DNA of 64,000 nt from a virus (IMGVR_UViG_3300017769_000001:84740-148739), one strand, 5' to 3'; counted from the first letter of the stretch, positions 54,576 to 63,947 are shown. Numbers and translations are program-made. The notes: generated from the sequence alone by a model not told the origin.

Positions 54576-56512
54576 GCAAGCTTGGAAAACTGAGAAAGTC
54601 TTTCGATAAGAAGGGCATCATCACTGAAATGAATGAGCCTACAGAATGGATCAGCACCGGGAATGCTGCCATGAATTATCGTCTGACTGGCCGTTATGAT
54701 GTCGGAATCCCAAACCGCCGAACGATGTTGCTGTGGGGTGAGAGTGGCTGTGTAGACGCAGACACTGAGTTTCTGACTCCTACTGGCTGGAAGCGTATTT
54801 CGGAATATGAGGAAGGAGACTTTGTGGCACAGTTTGATAAAGAAACGTGCCAAATGTCTTTTGTTGAGCCGAACGAGTACATTAAGAAACCGTGCGAGGA
54901 ATTTTATCATCTGAAAACGAAGTATGGGATTGATCAGATGTTAACTCCAGAGCACCGTGTATTGTACCGCAGCCCAAAAGGAAAGCTCCAGGTTAAGTCT
55001 GCTGAAGAAGTGGTTCAAGCACATAACTCCGATACTGTAAATGGATTTCGTGGTAAGATTCTGACAACATTCGAACCACCAACTACCGCCGGTATTGATA
55101 TCAGCGACGACAGCCTGCGTCTTCAAGTTGCAGTGATGGCCGATGGAAGCTTCAACCCCAAGAGAACCACATGGGACAATTTCGTTCGGATTAGTGTAAA
55201 GAAAGACCGAAAGAAAGAACGGATTGTGAAACTTTTGGACGCCGCTAATGTGGAATACACCCGAATAGATCGTGATGATGGATTTTCTCGATTTGAGTTT
55301 GGTGCTCCTATGAACACCAAGGTTTTTGGTTCTGAGTTCTACCAATGCACCAAAGAGCAATTAGAACTGATTGCTGACGAATGTCTGCAATGGGACGGGT
55401 CTGAAAACAGGGGAGAGTTTTTCACAACCAGCAAACAGTGTGCGGACTTCATCCAGTACTGTTTTTCAGCGACAGGCAGACGGGCAACAATCTCTGAGGA
55501 TGTGAGAGAAGGAAGAACAACTTCCTATGTTGTACATGCCACTACAACGAATGAAGTCTCCATGGCAGGTGCAACTCGAACTCCAATTGAGAAGGTTAAG
55601 GCTGGAGACGGATTCAAGTATTGTTTCGCTGTTGAGAAGACATTCTTGGTTCTGCGTCGTAATGGTCGGGTGTTTGTCACAGGTAACACTGGCAAGACCT
55701 TCCTGACTTCAAACGCTGCAAAGAACGCACAGGACAAAGGTTATTCGATCATCTATCTGGATTCTGAAGACAGTATCTCGGAAGACTACATGACGAAGAT
55801 TGGGATCGATCTCGACGAAGATAAGTTCGTCCCAGTCCTTATCGATACCATCGAAGAAGCGACTGCCGCCATTGCAGAAATCTTTTCAACGATGGAACCG
55901 GATGATAAGTTCATTCTGATCATCGACTCGCTGGCTGGTATGCTTTCTGAGAAAGAAGAAGGTGAGTTCGAGAAAGGTGTCTCAAAGGGTGACCAAGGTC
56001 AGATGGCGAAGAAGTTGAAGCTCTTCGTGAAGAACATCAACAAGAAAATCTCAGAATATGATGCATTCTGTATTATGGTGACGCACGCGTACCAGAACCA
56101 AGACCCGTACTCCACTGAAGGAAAGTGGATCTGTACTGGAGGTAAAGGTATGCAGTTCTTCCCATCATTCTCCGTGCGTCTGGATAAAGCCAAGCTGAAA
56201 GAAGGCATGAAGGTGGTTAACGGTGTTCGTATCCGTGGCGAAGTAACCAAGACTCGTTTCACTGCACCATTCCAGAAGTTTGAGCTGAAGGTTCCGTACA
56301 CTGAGGGTCTGGATTTTACAGACGGTCTTCTGGATATTCTCGAAGAAGAAGGCGTTGTTTCCAAGAATGGTGCATGGTACAACTACGAGTTCGAAGGTGA
56401 GATTGTTAAGTTCCAAGGTTCAAATTTCCTTGAACACTACGAAGCGATCATGAGTAATTACCAGAAAGAACTCGAAGAAAGCTTTGATAACAAAGAAATC
56501 GAACCAGCGTAA
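54572..56512 (+). CDS. uvsX: UvsX/RecA recombinase, intein-containing
   Basis: WISTG, GESG|TGKT Walker A, YLDSE, IIDSL, KTRF and GAWY. Confidence 0.93.
   Translation: MSKLGKLRKSFDKKGIITEMNEPTEWISTGNAAMNYRLTGRYDVGIPNRRTMLLWGESGCVDADTEFLTPTGWKRISEYEEGDFVAQFDKETCQMSFVEPNEYIKKPCEEFYHLKTKYGIDQMLTPEHRVLYRSPKGKLQVKSAEEVVQAHNSDTVNGFRGKILTTFEPPTTAGIDISDDSLRLQVAVMADGSFNPKRTTWDNFVRISVKKDRKKERIVKLLDAANVEYTRIDRDDGFSRFEFGAPMNTKVFGSEFYQCTKEQLELIADECLQWDGSENRGEFFTTSKQCADFIQYCFSATGRRATISEDVREGRTTSYVVHATTTNEVSMAGATRTPIEKVKAGDGFKYCFAVEKTFLVLRRNGRVFVTGNTGKTFLTSNAAKNAQDKGYSIIYLDSEDSISEDYMTKIGIDLDEDKFVPVLIDTIEEATAAIAEIFSTMEPDDKFILIIDSLAGMLSEKEEGEFEKGVSKGDQGQMAKKLKLFVKNINKKISEYDAFCIMVTHAYQNQDPYSTEGKWICTGGKGMQFFPSFSVRLDKAKLKEGMKVVNGVRIRGEVTKTRFTAPFQKFELKVPYTEGLDFTDGLLDILEEEGVVSKNGAWYNYEFEGEIVKFQGSNFLEHYEAIMSNYQKELEESFDNKEIEPA
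54749..55687 (+). mobile_element. intein with LAGLIDADG-type homing endonuclease (313 aa)
   Basis: Starts CVDADTEFLT, block B LTPEHR, VMADGS and LQWDGS endonuclease motifs, ends RRNGRVFVTGN followed by Thr. Confidence 0.92.
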
Positions 56513-56517
56513 GTATA

Positions 56518-56540
56518 TGGGGCGAAAGCCCCATTTCATT
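56518..56540 (+). terminator. hairpin/terminator after uvsX
   Basis: ATGGGGC-GAAA-GCCCCAT-TTCATT. Confidence 0.65.
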
Positions 56541-56552
56541 ACATAGGAGGTT

Positions 56553-56768
56553 GTGATGGATTCTGATGAAGTTGCTGAGATTAACGCAGAGATCGCGATT
56601 ATGTCTCGTCAGATCGAAAATTTCAATCGAAAAATGTCGAGAAGAAAGATGAATCTGACTGATGGTCAGATCGACTCTATTCAACGGCAGATCGCGTTAG
56701 CTCGAAGCAGTATTGAGCAACTAAGAGCGATCATCAACAGCAAACGACAGGTGATTCTGCATGGATGA
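56553..56768 (+). CDS. hypothetical coiled-coil protein
   Basis: AGGAGG RBS; overlaps the uvsY start. Confidence 0.65.
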   Translation: MMDSDEVAEINAEIAIMSRQIENFNRKMSRRKMNLTDGQIDSIQRQIALARSSIEQLRAIINSKRQVILHG

Positions 56769-57219
56769 CGTCGATATTCTCGACCAGATAAATTCCAGAC
56801 TGAAGGAGCTTCAACAGATCTACGATCAGCAGTTGGAGGAAGACCTGTCCCGGATTGATATTCGGGACAGAGTCCTTTCGGACTGCGTTCGGGATCAGAT
56901 CGAACTTCAGATGTCATGGGAAGAAATCAGTAAAGAGGTAGGGTTTTTGTGTGCCGAACTATCCGATGAATGTGATAAGATGTTCTCCGTTGCATTCAGG
57001 GAACTTTCATCGAATAGCCACAAAGCACTGTCTTTCAATGAAGCAAAGATCTATGCGCAATCTGATCCGGATTACATTGACACGAAGCGGGTACTCAACC
57101 GTGCAAGAACGCTGGAAGCCAAATGTGAAGCTGTGATCGACTCCATAAAATCGAGGAAGTTTCTTCTGAAGAATATCTGCGATATGCTTCGAGACGGAAA
57201 CGACTCATACATCATATAG
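56761..57219 (+). CDS. uvsY: recombination mediator UvsY-like
   Basis: LS.NEAKIY..SDPDY and I.SRKFLLKNI; between uvsX and uvsW. Confidence 0.75.
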   Translation: MDDVDILDQINSRLKELQQIYDQQLEEDLSRIDIRDRVLSDCVRDQIELQMSWEEISKEVGFLCAELSDECDKMFSVAFRELSSNSHKALSFNEAKIYAQSDPDYIDTKRVLNRARTLEAKCEAVIDSIKSRKFLLKNICDMLRDGNDSYII

Positions 57220-57226
57220 GTGAATC

Positions 57227-57454
57227 ATGAGTGAACAACTGAGAACCCATATCCCGGATGAGTATGTGGCAGCGTGGAACAAGATGTCTCTGGATGAACT
57301 GATGGCTAAGAGTGAACGTCTTCTAATCCATTTGAATAACCTACCATCCAACAGCGAGCAGTTCAAAACCATGAAGCAAATGTGGGAGTGGTTGAACGAG
57401 TACATCGAAAGCAGCATCAAGAAAACAGACATAGACCTCAATACTTTCCTTTGA
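57227..57454 (+). CDS. hypothetical protein
   Basis: AGGTG RBS; operon packing. Confidence 0.6.
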   Translation: MSEQLRTHIPDEYVAAWNKMSLDELMAKSERLLIHLNNLPSNSEQFKTMKQMWEWLNEYIESSIKKTDIDLNTFL

Positions 57455-57470
57455 GGTAAAAGGACAACGG

Positions 57471-58940
57471 ATGAAACTGAAACTCTACATCATTGACGAG
57501 GTAAATGCCAAACTTGAAGGTCTCGGTGTTGACGACGCGATTGACATCGTTGAAGCCATGAAGCTTCCTATCAAAGGAGCGTATTCAACACCGGCTGTAC
57601 AGCTTGGCATTAGTGATGGTAAGGAACCTCTTTTTACGGAGGACGGATTCTTCTACCTGAACCAGCTTGATGAAGTCATTGGCCTTCTCGAAGAGCTTGG
57701 TTACAAAGAAGACGACATCCAAATAGAGGATATTCGCGAGGCAATCCAACACCCGGTAGAAGAATCTGAACTTCCAGAAATCCATCGTGATATGTTCTCC
57801 GAATATGGTGTAGAGCTTTGGGATCATCAGATTGAATTTTTTGAGAAGTTCATTCGTGTCGATAAAGGCATTTACGACGCAAGTACTTCCTCTGGGAAGA
57901 CGCTTTGTCTTGCGGGCACAGCAAAACTTTATGAACCGTACTACCCGTCTCTGTCCATAACCATCAACGAGAAGCTTGTCAACGACGCCGCTAAGATGAT
58001 GGATAAGCTGGGAATGGACTATGTGGTGATCGATTCAAAAGTTCCTCCTAAGAAGCGTGGGGAGCTTATAAAGAAACATCGGCACGTCATAACAACGAGA
58101 AAACTCGCCATAAACATGGCAAAACATTTGGAGGGATTCTTTGGAGTTCTGATTGTCGACGAGACGCATATCCTTGGCGATTCTTTCTTTGACTTTGGAA
58201 CTAAAACATTGGCGGAATGTCCGATACGTCTCGGTCTCACCGGTTCGCTGCCAGAAAAGTCTCAAGACCCGCTGAAACGCATGAAGATCATGAACATGAT
58301 CGGCGGTGGAATCTTTGCAGAAGTACTCCCGTCATATTTGATGGAGAAGGGGTATGCAGCAACTCTCGATGTTCGTGTTGTGAAACTTCAGGACAACATA
58401 GGGTTGCATAAGCAAACAGAAGCTGGTAAACTATGGGATTGGGAAATGGAAGAAGCCCATTATAATCGATGCCCTGAGAGGATCGAGGCGATAGGCGATT
58501 TCATAATCAACAACTGCCCAAGGAACACCTTGATCATCTGCCGCCCAGAAATGGGTAAAGCTCTCGCAGAATACATAGGGTGTGATTTTGTTGATGGCGA
58601 CACTCCCGTAGAAGAACGTGAGTCGTATTATGCGATGTTCGATGAACGGGACGACTATACGTTAGCCGCGTCCTTCGGGACTTCTGGGACAGGCCTTTCC
58701 ATCGATCTGATTCACTATGGTGTCCTCATCGATGTAGGATCGAATCCAGCCAGAGCCGGACAGAGTATTGGTCGTTTCCTTCGTAAAGACAACGAAGGCG
58801 ATTTGAAAGATTCTGCTGTTGTTTGGGATATTTACTCTAATACCAAATACGGAGAGAAGCAAAAGAGAGAGCGAATGAAGTACTTCAAGAAACGCGGGTT
58901 CAGCGTTCGGGATAAGTACGAAACAATCAACGTGTGGTGA
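57471..58940 (+). CDS. uvsW: UvsW-like SF2 helicase
   Basis: LWDHQ, STSSGKT, IVDETH, GLTGS, GTGLSI and QSIGRFLR. Confidence 0.9.
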   Translation: MKLKLYIIDEVNAKLEGLGVDDAIDIVEAMKLPIKGAYSTPAVQLGISDGKEPLFTEDGFFYLNQLDEVIGLLEELGYKEDDIQIEDIREAIQHPVEESELPEIHRDMFSEYGVELWDHQIEFFEKFIRVDKGIYDASTSSGKTLCLAGTAKLYEPYYPSLSITINEKLVNDAAKMMDKLGMDYVVIDSKVPPKKRGELIKKHRHVITTRKLAINMAKHLEGFFGVLIVDETHILGDSFFDFGTKTLAECPIRLGLTGSLPEKSQDPLKRMKIMNMIGGGIFAEVLPSYLMEKGYAATLDVRVVKLQDNIGLHKQTEAGKLWDWEMEEAHYNRCPERIEAIGDFIINNCPRNTLIICRPEMGKALAEYIGCDFVDGDTPVEERESYYAMFDERDDYTLAASFGTSGTGLSIDLIHYGVLIDVGSNPARAGQSIGRFLRKDNEGDLKDSAVVWDIYSNTKYGEKQKRERMKYFKKRGFSVRDKYETINVW

Positions 58941-59428
58941 GAATGCAACTTATAGATGAAAATTATCAACCTCTTGATATCACTACCGAAGAAGGACTGA
59001 GACAGTACTTCTTCGAGTATATCGTAAAACCAGCCGACTTCCAGTTGAAACTCAGTAACATGTGGGATATGACTGAGGAAGACGTCCATTGGTATCGTCT
59101 GAAGATTGGAAAGTGGGAGATTTCTCTTCCTTCCAATGTCTACATGATGCTCGCTGATGTTCATAGTAATTCTGTGGACTGGGTTCGTGTTGACGAAATT
59201 AACGGTCGAACATTGACAACAGCTCTGTACTACTCTGACCTAAAAGCAGACAAGTACTCAATCGAGAAGATCTCGATCCTTTCTGTTGATCGCGAGAAGA
59301 AGCCGTGTATCCTCCCGAACACAAAAAACCTTTTGCCAGTTTACGTCGATGGTGGTAGAATGATTCTGTGCAGTGACAGAGATTCATTTGTCAAGACCAA
59401 GGCGCTAAACTTCACATGTTTGTATTAA
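58934..59428 (+). CDS. hypothetical beta-rich protein (possible inactive Hint-like fold)
   Basis: Overlaps uvsW and the dnaE N-part; YRLKIG..EISLP...WVRVDEI pattern. Confidence 0.6.
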   Translation: MVRMQLIDENYQPLDITTEEGLRQYFFEYIVKPADFQLKLSNMWDMTEEDVHWYRLKIGKWEISLPSNVYMMLADVHSNSVDWVRVDEINGRTLTTALYYSDLKADKYSIEKISILSVDREKKPCILPNTKNLLPVYVDGGRMILCSDRDSFVKTKALNFTCLY

Positions 59429-59922
59429 AAGACAGGATCCTTCTACCATCTGGAATCTCATTACTGACTCCAGAACAAGCAGCAAAAAAGATTGTGGCTC
59501 AGGGAAATCTTGAGCCACATTTCCGTGTTGAACAATGTTTTGCTGCGAAGGAATACGAACTGATAACCGGAAACCGTGTTCTTGAGAACACCATGGAGGA
59601 CATTCCACCTTCACCGGATCTCCAACACACCAACCAAGACTATGACCGTCTTGTTGACGTGATCGTAAATTCTGAACGATATTCCCCATCAATGGATGAT
59701 AGAATTGCCCTTGAAATGGAGTTCTTCGACAGAACCATGAACGTGAAGTTTCTTTTGAAGCTTCATGATCTCGTGACCCAATTCAAAAAAGAGGGCGTTG
59801 TCTGGGGTGTTGGGAGAGGTAGTGCGATTGCTTCTTTGGTGTTGTATCTACTTGAACTGCATGACATCAATCCATGTGAATACGGAGTTCCGTTTCACGA
59901 ATTATCAAAAGAGAGGCTTTGA
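59416..59922 (+). CDS. dnaE: family-C DNA polymerase (DnaE) N-terminal palm fragment
   Basis: RIALEM...GVGRGSAIASLVLYLLELHDINP.EY.VPF equals the DnaE GPGRGS...ITDLDP region. Confidence 0.85.
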   Translation: MFVLKDRILLPSGISLLTPEQAAKKIVAQGNLEPHFRVEQCFAAKEYELITGNRVLENTMEDIPPSPDLQHTNQDYDRLVDVIVNSERYSPSMDDRIALEMEFFDRTMNVKFLLKLHDLVTQFKKEGVVWGVGRGSAIASLVLYLLELHDINPCEYGVPFHELSKERL

Positions 59923-59923
59923 T

Positions 59924-60205
59924 ATGAGTAAGAAAATTCGACCGCTTGGGAATGACGTTCTTCTGAAGTTCCGAACCACTGAAGGTTCAAACTTTACGGA
60001 AGGTGGCATCTATGTCCCGGATAACGACAAGAACACAGACTTCGAGTATTATGATGTGGTTGAGGTCGGCCCAGACGTGACTTCAGTATCCCCCGGAGAG
60101 GTTGTTCTTATCTCTTGGGCGAAAATTACCCCACCTTTCGATCACGACGGAGCTAAGTACGGAATCACTTCAGAGTACGAGATCCTCGCCGTTCTGGAGA
60201 CTTGA
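59924..60205 (+). CDS. groES: GroES-like co-chaperonin
   Basis: IRPLGNDVL, TEGGIYVP, VVEVGP and EILAVL; ATG at 59924. Confidence 0.88.
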   Translation: MSKKIRPLGNDVLLKFRTTEGSNFTEGGIYVPDNDKNTDFEYYDVVEVGPDVTSVSPGEVVLISWAKITPPFDHDGAKYGITSEYEILAVLET

Positions 60206-60206
60206 T

Positions 60207-60515
60207 ATGTTTTTCGAACACGGAGCAAAGATCTGTATCTCGAAAGTGGTTGTCGATGGCAAGCTTTACGAAGTCCCTTTGGCTATCGCTGAGAGTGAGG
60301 GTAAACTCATACTTCGATCAAACGGCGTGCCACTACCACTTCCAGAAGTAAAGGGCGACGAAGCGGTGATAGCGTTTGGAGACGGAAACGTCTATACTGT
60401 GCCTTTGGTTGGGGAAAACCTCCACTCGGAGGATTCCGCTGTTTCTTATGTCGTTATGAAGAAGATCGACGGAATGACAGAGAAACAACTCGATTCATTC
60501 ATCAAGGAGCTTTAA
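60207..60515 (+). CDS. hypothetical protein
   Basis: GGAG RBS, ATG at 60207, operon packing. Confidence 0.6.
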   Translation: MFFEHGAKICISKVVVDGKLYEVPLAIAESEGKLILRSNGVPLPLPEVKGDEAVIAFGDGNVYTVPLVGENLHSEDSAVSYVVMKKIDGMTEKQLDSFIKEL

Positions 60516-61469
60516 ATGGCTATTGATATCAGCAACAAAGTATGGGCGGAACTGTACCGCCCAACGACATTGTCCCAGTACATATTCGCAGACCCCGGAC
60601 TGGAAATGAGAGCGAAGGACTGGGTCTCCAAGGGAGTATTCCCGAATCTGATTCTCGCTGGCATTCAAGGAACCGGGAAGAGCACACTTGCCCGAGTTCT
60701 GATCAACGATTGCAACGTGACTGCAAGTGATGTTCTCTTCATCGACGGCTCTGTCTACAATAAAGTGGACGACATTCGAGACAAAGTTGTCATGTTTGCA
60801 GAGATCTCCCCACTCGGAGATTACAAAGTAGTCGTAATTGAAGAAGCCCACCGACTGACGAAAGACGCTCAAAGTGCTCTGTTCGAAACTGTCGAGAGGA
60901 CGAGTGATTATGTCCGGTTCATCTTCACTACCAACTACCCGAAGAAGTTGCTGCCCCCACTTCTCAGTCGGTGTGAACTCTTTACCTTCGACGGCTTCAA
61001 TGAAGACGCGGTTCTCGACCTGATTGCCGACATCATTGAAATGGAGCAAATCGAACTGAGCGACGAATCTGCGGTCAATGTGGAACGCCACATCGCAGCT
61101 CACAAGCCGGACATCCGTTCGATAATCTCCAGCATCCAGTATTCGTACTTTGATGGCGCTATCCATCCGCCGAGTTCTTCAATCAAATCATCGTCTATCG
61201 ATGACTGGACTGCGATATGGTCTGCGGATAAGCTGGACTTCGAAGCTGCTCGGGAAATGGTTTATCTGGCTGATCAGACAAACTACGAGTTGTTCTATAC
61301 CGCCATCTATGAAAACGGACTCCACCATTTCGAGGATCCGGGGATGGCAGTTGTTCAGATCAGTGAGTACCTTCACAGGGCAATGAATGTCAACACCCAA
61401 GGAATCCAGTCAATCCACCTCGAAGCTCTTCTGGTGATTCTGGATTCCGAGGTTGGTATCAAGGAATGA
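60516..61469 (+). CDS. gp44: clamp loader large subunit (gp44/RFC-like)
   Basis: WAELYRP, GTGKST, IEEAH, FIFTTNY, LLSRC and PDIR. Confidence 0.93.
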   Translation: MAIDISNKVWAELYRPTTLSQYIFADPGLEMRAKDWVSKGVFPNLILAGIQGTGKSTLARVLINDCNVTASDVLFIDGSVYNKVDDIRDKVVMFAEISPLGDYKVVVIEEAHRLTKDAQSALFETVERTSDYVRFIFTTNYPKKLLPPLLSRCELFTFDGFNEDAVLDLIADIIEMEQIELSDESAVNVERHIAAHKPDIRSIISSIQYSYFDGAIHPPSSSIKSSSIDDWTAIWSADKLDFEAAREMVYLADQTNYELFYTAIYENGLHHFEDPGMAVVQISEYLHRAMNVNTQGIQSIHLEALLVILDSEVGIKE

Positions 61470-61882
61470 ACATACAACACGTTCTTTCGAGAGTAACCGC
61501 TGGAGACTGCGACTTCTTCCTCAATATGACTGAGGAAGAAGTTAAAGAGTTATCCCCGTATGTTTTGACGCTTTGGCTTCGAGGGGCGAATGAAAATCGG
61601 GATGCTCATGTTTTGCTGACTGATGCGGTTGTGAACAGTAAGTTGTTTTCCCTGTCACGCCATCCGAAGTTACTCTATCTCCTATGCTGCTACGCAAATT
61701 CTGGTATGGGGAGAACTCGGTACTCATTCATCAACGACAAGAAAGAAACAACCGGCAATAAACACAAGGTTGTCATGAGAGAGTTCCAATGCAGCGAGGC
61801 TGTTGCTAAAATGTACCTGAACTTTCTCGATGGCGACGATATCAAGCAACTTGAGAAGAAATACGAAGAGGTTGACAAATAA
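61466..61882 (+). CDS. probable clamp loader small subunit (gp62-like)
   Basis: Coupled to gp44; SPYVL..W, HPKL.Y.L and CSEAVA..YL. Confidence 0.65.
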   Translation: MNIQHVLSRVTAGDCDFFLNMTEEEVKELSPYVLTLWLRGANENRDAHVLLTDAVVNSKLFSLSRHPKLLYLLCCYANSGMGRTRYSFINDKKETTGNKHKVVMREFQCSEAVAKMYLNFLDGDDIKQLEKKYEEVDK

Positions 61883-62538
61883 TGCCAGAATACTATAACG
61901 ACGTAAGTCATATGTACCAAGAACCGGCCAAGGAACTGAAGAACGGGAAGTTTCAATGCCCTGTCTGTGGTGCTGAGTATGCCACGAGATCCGGGGTGTT
62001 CAAGCACATGCAGAAACAAGACTGCGCCCCAGCATCCTTGATGTTTGAAGGTACGATTACAGAGGATGTGGCTCACAGCCTTTTCTGTGATACGGTCGGA
62101 CATTACAGCAAACACCAGCGGAAGTCTCTCTCCAGCTTTCGGAAGAGCAAGCACTATCGCGGCGTATTGCAAGCAACTCTCCACTGCATGAACAACAAGA
62201 TTGATTCTGTATTGTTCATGGAATGGATCCGGATGTCGAAGAAACCCCGATACTACAACCACTTGATGAGTCTGGCTGTCAAGGATTCTACTCTGGTTGA
62301 TTTCAGGAATCACCTGATCAAGAACGAAGAGTTGATCGACTCCAGTTACTTCTTCGAGAGGAACGAAGAACAGATCCTGAAAAGTGACTCTTTCCTGATT
62401 CGCTCTCTGCAACGTGGTGATATTGGGCTGGACTACTGCATGAACCACAAGGATATCGATCTGATGTCTCGAATTGATGGAATGTGTGAAGCAAATCGCA
62501 TCCACCTTCTGTCTGTAGTGAAAGTGAAAGAGGGCTGA
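61882..62538 (+). CDS. hypothetical protein with N-terminal C2H2/C2HC-like zinc finger
   Basis: FQCPVCGAEY....GVFKHMQKQDC. Confidence 0.7.
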   Translation: MPEYYNDVSHMYQEPAKELKNGKFQCPVCGAEYATRSGVFKHMQKQDCAPASLMFEGTITEDVAHSLFCDTVGHYSKHQRKSLSSFRKSKHYRGVLQATLHCMNNKIDSVLFMEWIRMSKKPRYYNHLMSLAVKDSTLVDFRNHLIKNEELIDSSYFFERNEEQILKSDSFLIRSLQRGDIGLDYCMNHKDIDLMSRIDGMCEANRIHLLSVVKVKEG

Positions 62539-63155
62539 TGATGAGACGGGCGTTTGACGTTGACCTCGATGTGAAGAGCGGGACGAACAAAGACAAGTTT
62601 GGTTTGCGTTCCTTTGTTTACAACGAAGAGAAGCAAACGCTCGTCCCACACCCATCTGGATATTTCCTTCGGAGTGCCGATTTGACAGGAGAAGACGTTC
62701 CTGTTGATCCTGAAAGCGGTTTATCTGCTCTCAGTTCAGACGAAGGTGAACAGCTTGGATTCTTCAAAGTCGACTTACTGACAAACACATCTTACGACAA
62801 GTTTCGTACGAAACAGGAAGTCTTGGATGCGATGAGTACAGAAGGATTTGACTGGGGCGTCTTCCTTGATAAGGAAATCGTCGAATCACTCCCCCATATC
62901 AACAAGAGCTATTCCCTGATTCGACAACTCCAACCTCAAAGCGTTGAAGACCTTGCAGATGCGCTTGCTTTGATTAGGCCGGGGAAAATTGAGTTGTTTG
63001 ATGATTACCTGAAGAACAAAGCGAAGACTCGACTGAGATTGTATAAGCGCCCTTCAAATGGCGGCATGTACTTCAAGAAGAGTCACGCGGTCGCGTATGC
63101 GGTTATGATCATAGTAGTTATCAATGGTAGAAAAGATAATGATTTCTTTTCTTAA
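62538..63155 (+). CDS. dnaE: family-C DNA polymerase (DnaE) catalytic palm/fingers fragment
   Basis: FDVDLD, HPSG, GFFKVDLL, ALIRPG and YFKKSHAVAYA. Confidence 0.88.
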   Translation: MMRRAFDVDLDVKSGTNKDKFGLRSFVYNEEKQTLVPHPSGYFLRSADLTGEDVPVDPESGLSALSSDEGEQLGFFKVDLLTNTSYDKFRTKQEVLDAMSTEGFDWGVFLDKEIVESLPHINKSYSLIRQLQPQSVEDLADALALIRPGKIELFDDYLKNKAKTRLRLYKRPSNGGMYFKKSHAVAYAVMIIVVINGRKDNDFFS

Positions 63156-63476
63156 TCATGCAACATTGAGGCGCACTTTTTTGATTGATTGTGGTTTCTT
63201 CTTTGCCTGAGAAGAATCCACCACCCCACGCTTGTTGATAAGATTGACTTGGGGTAACTTGATCCTCGGGAAGTAAGTAGAACAGAACACAGAGAAACGG
63301 ATATCGTTATACTTAGCTTTCCAAATGATTGCTGCGAGTATTAGAGTAGGATCATCTTCTATGATGTCAAAATTAAAAAAGTGAATGAATCTGTCGGACT
63401 GATAGTCAAACACTCCGGTGAACGTGACGCCATTTGACATCTTCACCCAATCAAGTACATAATGGTCGTTACTCAA
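63156..63476 (-). CDS. late hypothetical protein
   Basis: AAGGAG RBS, TTG start, TAAATA at 63501-63506. Confidence 0.6.
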   Translation of the reverse strand: MSNDHYVLDWVKMSNGVTFTGVFDYQSDRFIHFFNFDIIEDDPTLILAAIIWKAKYNDIRFSVFCSTYFPRIKLPQVNLINKRGVVDSSQAKKKPQSIKKVRLNVA

Positions 63477-63505
63477 AACAATCTCTCCTTTGGTTAGGTG
63501 TATTT

Positions 63506-63940
63506 ATGCTTTGCAAAATCGTGTACGAAGACGGATCATCAACCGATGAAAATATGAACATTGGCGTCAATTGCGATGGGTATCTTATATACCCGGAAAG
63601 CCCCGGTATGTTTTACGAAGGTGATAAGTTTGTACCGAAGATTGCTGGATGTCTTATCCCGAATTATGGATATGGGAATCTAACTCCAGTATCTATCCCA
63701 TTTACTCAATCTGGAAAAATTATAACAGAGTCCATGCTTGCTACGGAAATCCAGAATGTCTTTTCCAAAAGAACCGGAGGCACTCTGATGTTGATCGACC
63801 ATTTCGGTGATAAGGAGCATTGGAGTGATCTGGTGGCGAACTTAATCGTCTGTGATTTGGATTTAGCTCCGAGTGTAAACTCTTTGATGAACAACCGCTC
63901 ACAGCTCAGAAGCGTCGTTCTATCCATGATGAGTTTGTGA
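63506..63940 (+). CDS. hypothetical protein
   Basis: AGGTG RBS, ATG at 63506. Confidence 0.6.
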   Translation: MLCKIVYEDGSSTDENMNIGVNCDGYLIYPESPGMFYEGDKFVPKIAGCLIPNYGYGNLTPVSIPFTQSGKIITESMLATEIQNVFSKRTGGTLMLIDHFGDKEHWSDLVANLIVCDLDLAPSVNSLMNNRSQLRSVVLSMMSL

Positions 63941-63947
63941 GGTTTTA

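Noticed and set aside
61690-62655. 321-aa minus-strand ORF
   Set aside because: Antisense to three tightly coupled plus-strand genes; no motifs
59416-63155. Trans-splicing split-intein DnaE as in cyanobacteria
   Set aside because: The N-part ends KERL with no Cys-initiated intein N-fragment, and the C-part has no HN/C junction before the FDVDLD motif
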